Assembly (NCBI GenBank): GCA_029858305.1
Contig: JAOUFI010000063.1
Coordinates: 1 to 12,655, forward strand
Reading direction: 5' to 3'
Source of the DNA: Candidatus Thorarchaeota archaeon
Lineage (GTDB): Archaea; Asgardarchaeota; Thorarchaeia; Thorarchaeales; Thorarchaeaceae
Length of the DNA stretch: 12,655 bases
The notes beneath the pieces are model-generated. The model was not told the DNA's origin. It was given only the letters and a program-made list of their open reading frames with translations, and made no database searches. The stretch's first letter is position 1. Each line of letters starts with the position of its first letter. Shown piece by piece: positions 1 to 5,157 of the stretch. Position numbers and translations under genes: made by a program.

Positions 1-1
1 A

Positions 2-70
2 ATGATGAACGAAGACAAGTACAAGGGCGAGTTGTTCACCCGTACCATCGAATTTCTTGAACGCATCTAG
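2..70 (+). CDS. 3' end of a gene starting before the window; probably an alpha/beta-hydrolase (lysophospholipase-like) C-terminus
   Basis: My translation of 2..70 is MMNEDKYKGELFTRTIEFLERI*, with TAG at 68-70 and a second TAG at 71-73. It resembles the 'HE-xx-NE...xxxxFL' terminal helix of monoglyceride lipase-type hydrolases. It converges on the SDR stop 15 nt away. Only 22 aa are visible. Confidence 0.45.
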   Translation: MMNEDKYKGELFTRTIEFLERI

Positions 71-85
71 TAGTTCAAATTAGGC

Positions 86-832
86 TTAGATGGTCATACC
101 TCCATCCACTGAGAGACTAATACCCGTGGCAAACTCTGCAAGGGTAAGATACAATATTCCCTCTGCTATCTCTTCTGAGGTTCCTAGTCTTCCCATTGGC
201 TGCCGCGCAATGAACTGCTTTCTAGCTTCTTCAGGGTCCGGGAATTGTGAGAGCCGATATGCAAGCGATGGTGTATCAATAGTTCCAGGACAAATGCAGT
301 TCACTCTGATTCCATCCTCCATATAGTCTGCAGCCATAGCCTTTGTCAGGGAAACGACTGCGCCCTTGGATGCACTATACGCAGCGCGGTTCTTCACACC
401 TTTCAATGCAAGGACAGAAGAGGTATTGATGATGACGCCTCGTGTCTTTCTAAGATGTGGGACTGCGTATTTCGATAGGAGATAGACGCTCCTCACGTTC
501 ACAGCCATTGTTCGGTCCCAACCCTCCAGACTCATCTCATCCACACGACCTGGTAAAACGATTCCAGCGTTGTTGACTAGAATGTCGAGGTCTCCGTAAG
601 TATCAACTGTGGTCTCAATAATCCGTTGAGCGTCTTGCGCCTCTGAAACATCACCCTGTACGAAGGTCGCTTCTCCTCCCTCGTTACTGATACTCTCAAC
701 AACTCGCATAGCAGAGTCGGTAATGGAATTACAGACCACACGTGCTCCTTCTGCAGTAAACAGCCGAGCAGTAGCCTCTCCAATTCCAGCACCAGCTCCA
801 GTCACTATGGCGACCTTTCTCTTTAATTTCAT
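86..832 (-). CDS. Classical short-chain dehydrogenase/reductase, BDH2/DHRS6-like (hydroxy-acid or sugar-acid dehydrogenase)
   Basis: Motifs are TGAGAGIG, NNAG, catalytic S and YSASK. The C-terminal GIRVNCICPGTIDTPSL...PEEARKQFIARQPMGRLG...DGG is characteristic of the BDH2/2-keto-3-deoxy-fuconate dehydrogenase group. The start is moved from 847 to ATG 832 because GGAGG (841-845) lies 8 nt upstream. Confidence 0.92.
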   Translation of the reverse strand: MKLKRKVAIVTGAGAGIGEATARLFTAEGARVVCNSITDSAMRVVESISNEGGEATFVQGDVSEAQDAQRIIETTVDTYGDLDILVNNAGIVLPGRVDEMSLEGWDRTMAVNVRSVYLLSKYAVPHLRKTRGVIINTSSVLALKGVKNRAAYSASKGAVVSLTKAMAADYMEDGIRVNCICPGTIDTPSLAYRLSQFPDPEEARKQFIARQPMGRLGTSEEIAEGILYLTLAEFATGISLSVDGGMTI

Positions 833-840
833 GTCAAAAT

Positions 841-845
841 CCTCC
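841..845 (-). promoter_or_regulatory. Shine-Dalgarno (GGAGG) for the SDR
   Basis: The minus strand reads GGAGG-ATTTTGAC-ATG, with the ATG at 832. Confidence 0.65.
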
Positions 846-856
846 ATGATTGCTTG

Positions 857-1651
857 CTACAGACCAAGTATCTTCCGGGCTTCCGATGGATCTGCAACTG
901 AACGTCCGACCTCTTTGGCAAGATTCCTTATCCGAGTAACAATTTCAGCATTATTCTTTGCAGGCACGTCAGGCTTGATGAAGGGGTAGTCTTCCGTCCC
1001 CACCCGTACATTACCACCGTTCTGAATCGAGGCCAGTGCAATAGCTGATTGCTCTGAACCCATTATGCTGACCGCATAGACGCAGTTCTCTGGCATGTAC
1101 CTCACACGATGCATGTATTCATCGATTGTTGGAGGAGACCAAGTACCACCGGGCCATCCAAAGAAAAGTGTCAAGATGTGTGGAGGGTCAACCAGTTTCT
1201 TCTTAATCAAATATCCGAGATTCCAGTAGGATCCCATGTGCCACACCTCCCACTCAGGTACAATCTTCAACTTGCGACACTTCACGCAATAGGCTTCGAG
1301 CTCCTCTATAGGATGAAGTTGGTTGACTTTTAGGTCTGTGAAGTACTCATCATGATGGTTGAGGATGATACTGAGCATGTCCGGTCGAGCATCGAACATG
1401 GCCGTCCTCTCCTCAATAGGATAGCTCGACATGCCAGCCTGAATGATGACATCAGTCCTCTCCCGAATTCGCTTCACGGTCTCAGACTCCTCACCTATGG
1501 GTAGATGTACATGGGCGATTGCAGCACCAGCTTCAGCACATTGTACAACATCATCAATCAATGCATCTGTGGAGAGAGCCCAGTTCTTCACATCGGGATA
1601 AATCCAAGAGTTTGCAGTGGTTGCTGTGATAATGAGATTCTCAGTCTTCAT
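857..1651 (-). CDS. Beta-keto acid cleavage enzyme (BKACE / DUF849 / Kce family), divergent
   Basis: Motifs are LIITAT at the N-terminus, the Zn-binding AGAAIAHVH, PEWEV, GGNVRVGTED, and the C-terminal NAEIV.R....AKEVGR.VA.PSEARKILGL. ATG 1651 is preferred over GTG 1681 because it matches the family N-terminus and sits ~35 nt downstream of a TATA-like box. Confidence 0.9.
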   Translation of the reverse strand: MKTENLIITATTANSWIYPDVKNWALSTDALIDDVVQCAEAGAAIAHVHLPIGEESETVKRIRERTDVIIQAGMSSYPIEERTAMFDARPDMLSIILNHHDEYFTDLKVNQLHPIEELEAYCVKCRKLKIVPEWEVWHMGSYWNLGYLIKKKLVDPPHILTLFFGWPGGTWSPPTIDEYMHRVRYMPENCVYAVSIMGSEQSAIALASIQNGGNVRVGTEDYPFIKPDVPAKNNAEIVTRIRNLAKEVGRSVADPSEARKILGL

Positions 1652-1685
1652 GCCTGCTGACCGAGCTGTGTTAGAGTCCACTGAG

Positions 1686-1693
1686 TAATAAAA
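1686..1693 (-). promoter_or_regulatory. Candidate archaeal TATA box (TTTTATTA) for BKACE-SDR
   Basis: Minus-strand TTTTATTA lies 35-42 nt upstream of ATG 1651, in the MTase/BKACE intergenic gap. Confidence 0.4.
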
Positions 1694-1711
1694 TGTAGCT
1701 AAATCATGGAA

Positions 1712-2872
1712 CTACTTGAGGTTCTGTACGAGGATGATATGCTCTTTCTTGTCAGTACTTCTGAATGCGCGATTGAAACTCCTACTGGCCAATCCCAGGT
1801 CGTAGTCAATATGGTCTAGTATTTTGAATCCAACACTCTCAGAGAGCTTCGAAACCATATCATCGCCTTTGTAGAGATCATCCTGAATGATCGAGTCCCC
1901 AATGATAATAGCAAGATGCCTATCAGGTTTCAAGACTCTTCTGAAGTGCTCGAATCCCTTTTGCATATCCTGCATGTATGAGTCGATGCCTACACCCAGG
2001 CTTGAATGCTTGAGGCGCGACCCGATCTCAACCTCCTTCAGGAACTCCCACTCCATGTCCAGCCAGTTCATACGTTGTTTATGATAGAGATAATAGTCGT
2101 AGGTGTTAGGATAAGGTGGTGAGGTCACAATTGCATCAATAGTATTATCCTCCAGAAAATTCAGCTTTCGCACATCAGCATTGTAAGAAACCACCTCACA
2201 GTCACTTGCCACCTGATTGAACTCACGCATTCTCCTAACCATATCCGAAATCTTCTTTCTGTAGGTCTGGAATGTATGAAGTGGCGGGATGCGTTTCTTA
2301 TATGATGAATAACGGGTTTCGCTCTCTTGGTTTGACACATAGACGATGATACTTGAGAATCCGAGTAGCAGGAAGTCCCGAAACTCAGGAGACAAGTCTT
2401 CGTTCATAATTGATGACTTGATTATGGAGAGCTCCTGAAGGACATGAGGTTGGAACCAGTGGTCTCTATTTTTGAAATCAGGTATTGGGTAAGAAAAACC
2501 AGTTTCACTATGATGCTCGACATGACTCTCGATTCTTCTCTTGATACGACTAAGGAGAGGCGCAGCAGCAGACAGATGGGCACTATCAATCTTGGTCGAC
2601 TTAACCCTCGACATAAATGCACCTAGGGGATGGATATCAACACCAATCGATCTTCGTCCCAGAAGCTTTGCCTCAACGAGGGTTGTTCCACTCCCACAAA
2701 AAGGATCAAGAATCATCTCATATTGTGAACTCAAAGAACGAATCAGGTAAGTAGGAAGCTGTGGGATAAACTTGGCAGAGTAAGGATGAAAATTATGGGT
2801 GAGATAGTTTGTATCACCAGGTTCGTGGATGATTTGGTGAATCTGCTCTTTATCTAAGGTGACCATAATCAT
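1712..2872 (-). CDS. Amino-DNA methyltransferase, alpha-class arrangement, probably N4-cytosine (m4C)
   Basis: It has the N-terminal THNFHPYSAKFIPQL, SAM-binding motif I DPFCGSGTT (aa 56-64), a ~190-aa intervening region (putative TRD), and catalytic TSPPY (aa 250-254). It ends in ..LKPD...IIIGDS and EHIILV. SPPY is typical of m4C MTases such as M.MvaI. Confidence 0.88.
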   Translation of the reverse strand: MIMVTLDKEQIHQIIHEPGDTNYLTHNFHPYSAKFIPQLPTYLIRSLSSQYEMILDPFCGSGTTLVEAKLLGRRSIGVDIHPLGAFMSRVKSTKIDSAHLSAAAPLLSRIKRRIESHVEHHSETGFSYPIPDFKNRDHWFQPHVLQELSIIKSSIMNEDLSPEFRDFLLLGFSSIIVYVSNQESETRYSSYKKRIPPLHTFQTYRKKISDMVRRMREFNQVASDCEVVSYNADVRKLNFLEDNTIDAIVTSPPYPNTYDYYLYHKQRMNWLDMEWEFLKEVEIGSRLKHSSLGVGIDSYMQDMQKGFEHFRRVLKPDRHLAIIIGDSIIQDDLYKGDDMVSKLSESVGFKILDHIDYDLGLASRSFNRAFRSTDKKEHIILVQNLK

Positions 2873-3735
2873 TTCCCTTTTTCATTCGGAGGTTTTCTGA
2901 GTACCACAAGAAAAGTGTGATTCACATTCACGTAGAAGACGGAGGGGTAGCCCAGAAGCACGAGGCTTCTCTGGTCGTTCTGATCCCAAATTATGAGGTC
3001 ATGATAAAGGAATCCAACCTCTTTCCCCATTCGGGCAATATCCGAATGGACATCAACAAGGGGAACTCCGTTCTCAGTGTCTCTGCAGTCCTTAACCACC
3101 CAGATGTTATAACCACTAGGTATTGTCACCCTCAAGAGGTCCACCATCAGGTCTTTAATCTGTGTGAGAAAGTCCTCGTAAACCAGATTGCCGAAGTCCT
3201 CCGGTCTGTCACCATAGGGCTTGACAACTGATTTGTTATCGAGTACAAGTCTTGATTTTTTGTGGGTCTTCTTTCTGTCTTTTACAGACCGGTGAATGAA
3301 GTTTGCATATGGCGGGGAGGTGAAGACCAGCTGCACACTCTCAGGTTCGACCCATTTCAGCACATTCCTTGAGTCCCCGCAAATGACCCTCTGTTCCAAT
3401 GCGTCACTTGTTGATTCTTGCCTGAGGATTTCCATCGCCATGTCTACAAACTTCTTGTAGAGCTCAACGCCAACACCTCTCCTACCGAGGTTTCTTGCGG
3501 TGATGACAGTTGTACCTATACCAAGGAATGGATCAAGTACGAGGTCTCCGGGAGCGGTGTACATCCTTATCGCTCGTTCAGCAAGAGCTGTTGAGAAAGT
3601 AGCACCGTGTTCCAGATGATGTTTCTCACGGGCAGAACTGACTTCCTTTGAAGTCCACACACTCCTACTGAGCTTTGTCCATTCCTTGGGTACGAGATTG
3701 TTGAATGCTTTTTTATCGTTCGAACCTTCTGTCAT
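2869..3735 (-). CDS. Amino-DNA methyltransferase (N4/N6 family), compact, with motif I before motif IV
   Basis: Motifs are SVW, HGATFSTALAERAIRMYT.PGDLVLDPFLGIGTT (motifs X-I, DPF at aa 68-70), GVEL, ICGDSR and VFTSPPY (SPPY at aa 140-143). Its stop overlaps the next start (ATGA at 2869-2872). Confidence 0.88.
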   Translation of the reverse strand: MTEGSNDKKAFNNLVPKEWTKLSRSVWTSKEVSSAREKHHLEHGATFSTALAERAIRMYTAPGDLVLDPFLGIGTTVITARNLGRRGVGVELYKKFVDMAMEILRQESTSDALEQRVICGDSRNVLKWVEPESVQLVFTSPPYANFIHRSVKDRKKTHKKSRLVLDNKSVVKPYGDRPEDFGNLVYEDFLTQIKDLMVDLLRVTIPSGYNIWVVKDCRDTENGVPLVDVHSDIARMGKEVGFLYHDLIIWDQNDQRSLVLLGYPSVFYVNVNHTFLVVLRKPPNEKGK

Positions 3736-3790
3736 CGAGACCTAAATCCAATTTTCCCTATTAACTCCACTGCAATATGGTATGGAAGTG

Positions 3791-3798
3791 TGTATAAA
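3791..3798 (-). promoter_or_regulatory. Candidate archaeal TATA box (TTTATACA) for the methyltransferase pair
   Basis: Minus-strand TTTATACA is close to the archaeal consensus. It lies ~56 nt upstream of ATG 3735, in the 80-nt gap after the M28 gene. Confidence 0.45.
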
Positions 3799-3815
3799 GA
3801 CCGCATCTGTTCCAT

Positions 3816-4991
3816 TTAGAGTGTGAGAGCTGTAGCCACGACAGCCTTGCAGATCTTTGCTAGGAAGTCAAAGTCAAGTTTGTCTATTGTATCTGCAGGA
3901 GTGTGGTAGAAGGGATAGCGAAAGTTGGCAGTGTCGGTCAGCATAAGAGCTGGGATATTCTCTCTCCAGAATGGAGCGTGGTCAGAACGCAGAATGTCAT
4001 ACATGATATGGGCAGCTTGTTCATAGGTGAAGGCTTCCTGCAGACAAGCATAGGGTAGCTGGACTGACTCCCTCCGAAACTGCTCGCAAAGGGTCTTCGC
4101 AAGGATTTCCGAGTTACAATCACCGACAATAGCGAGAAAATCACCAGTCTTGAGATCGGATTCGGTCCCATAGATCTTGAACATACTGGGGTCCAAGCCC
4201 TCTGGAAAGTGCTGTGAGTTCTTCTTGTTAGATGTGTACCCCATGGTTTCCAGACATAGAACTCCCTTCACAGATTGTCCGCGTTGCAGGGCATCTCTCA
4301 CCCAGGTACTGCTCCCCATCAGGCTCGTCTTTCCAGGCCAATTTGTAAGACTGATTCCATTGAGGAGAGTCTGAATTTCCTCCAGATACTTCCGCTCTGT
4401 AGAGGAGAGTTCATCACCCATCTCTGTAATTGCCTTTGCAGCAGCCTCCGCATAGGTCTTTGACTCTGCGATGAACTTGGAATGAAGTAATGAAAACCGC
4501 TCCATCTTCTGAGAGGTGTGCCAAGATGTGTATCTTCCATTTTCATCACGGATACCATGTTCAAGAGCGAGTTCGGCCATCTGCTGTGCTCTCGAGGGGT
4601 TGAGTTCCTCGAGATTGAAACTGATGAAACGGACAGTTCCAGAGGGCTCGCTCATTGACAGAACCCGGGCAGCTTCAAGCATCACAGATACTGCAGACCC
4701 ATTGTCATTGGCTCCAGGAGCATGTCTGACCGTGTCATAGTGCGATACTATGAGGAGTTCAGGTCCTTCACCATTTGTGCTAGCCTCGATGTTGCGAAAA
4801 GTATAGCCGAATCCCTCGACTTTGAACTCGTGGACATTAGTGTTTAGGCCGTAGGACTCGAACTCAGCAAGGATGTAGTCCGCACAAGCCTCCATCCGGT
4901 CAAGGCTGTAGAGAGGATGTTTCTCGCCTTCGGTTCTCAGGATATGTTTGTATATCCTCTCAGGGTCAACACTGATCAATATCGATTCCAT
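3816..4991 (-). CDS. M28-family zinc metallopeptidase (YfbL-like subgroup) with a large insertion; no signal peptide
   Basis: Motifs are SHYDT, PGANDNGSA, FNLEE, CLETMGY, RSDHAPFW, TDTANFRYPFYHTPADT. All expected co-catalytic Zn ligands (H, D, E, E, H) are present. Confidence 0.92.
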   Translation of the reverse strand: MESILISVDPERIYKHILRTEGEKHPLYSLDRMEACADYILAEFESYGLNTNVHEFKVEGFGYTFRNIEASTNGEGPELLIVSHYDTVRHAPGANDNGSAVSVMLEAARVLSMSEPSGTVRFISFNLEELNPSRAQQMAELALEHGIRDENGRYTSWHTSQKMERFSLLHSKFIAESKTYAEAAAKAITEMGDELSSTERKYLEEIQTLLNGISLTNWPGKTSLMGSSTWVRDALQRGQSVKGVLCLETMGYTSNKKNSQHFPEGLDPSMFKIYGTESDLKTGDFLAIVGDCNSEILAKTLCEQFRRESVQLPYACLQEAFTYEQAAHIMYDILRSDHAPFWRENIPALMLTDTANFRYPFYHTPADTIDKLDFDFLAKICKAVVATALTL

Positions 4992-5157
4992 AAATGTGGC
5001 CTCAAAGCAACCAGAAGCGGCTTATAGATAAGTCTCACTGAGATTTCATCGATAAGTTGGTGTCGCTTGTATAATATAACGAAGTGTTGAACTTCTCCGA
5101 AGTGCTTATTGGTCAGTGCTACATCTAGTTGGCGATAGGCGAATCGGAGGAAGGCCA
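4992..5157. promoter_or_regulatory. Divergent promoter region between the M28 peptidase and the surface protein
   Basis: It contains AT-rich boxes: CTTATAGATAAG (5021-5032, inverted repeat CTTAT/ATAAG, 30-41 nt upstream of the M28 ATG) and TATAATATAA (5070-5079). GGAGG at 5146-5150 precedes TTG 5158. Confidence 0.4.

Noticed and set aside
857-1651. Assigning the gene symbol kce
   Set aside because: Substrate-binding residues differ from Kce and no lysine-fermentation genes are nearby.
1712-3735. tRNA m2G10 (Trm11-like) methyltransferases instead of DNA MTases
   Set aside because: There is no THUMP domain, and the SPPY and flanking motifs fit N4/N6 DNA MTases better. RNA activity is not formally excluded.
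4320-4604. Possible intein in the M28 peptidase
   Set aside because: It lacks an N-terminal Cys/Ser start with a C-terminal His-Asn plus Cys/Ser/Thr junction, and it is too short and helical for a HINT domain.
86-4991. Idea that all five co-oriented minus-strand genes form one system (e.g. DNA hypermodification using BKACE/SDR products)
   Set aside because: Separate TATA-like boxes precede the MTases and the BKACE, and I see no mechanistic link. It would need conserved synteny to be reconsidered.
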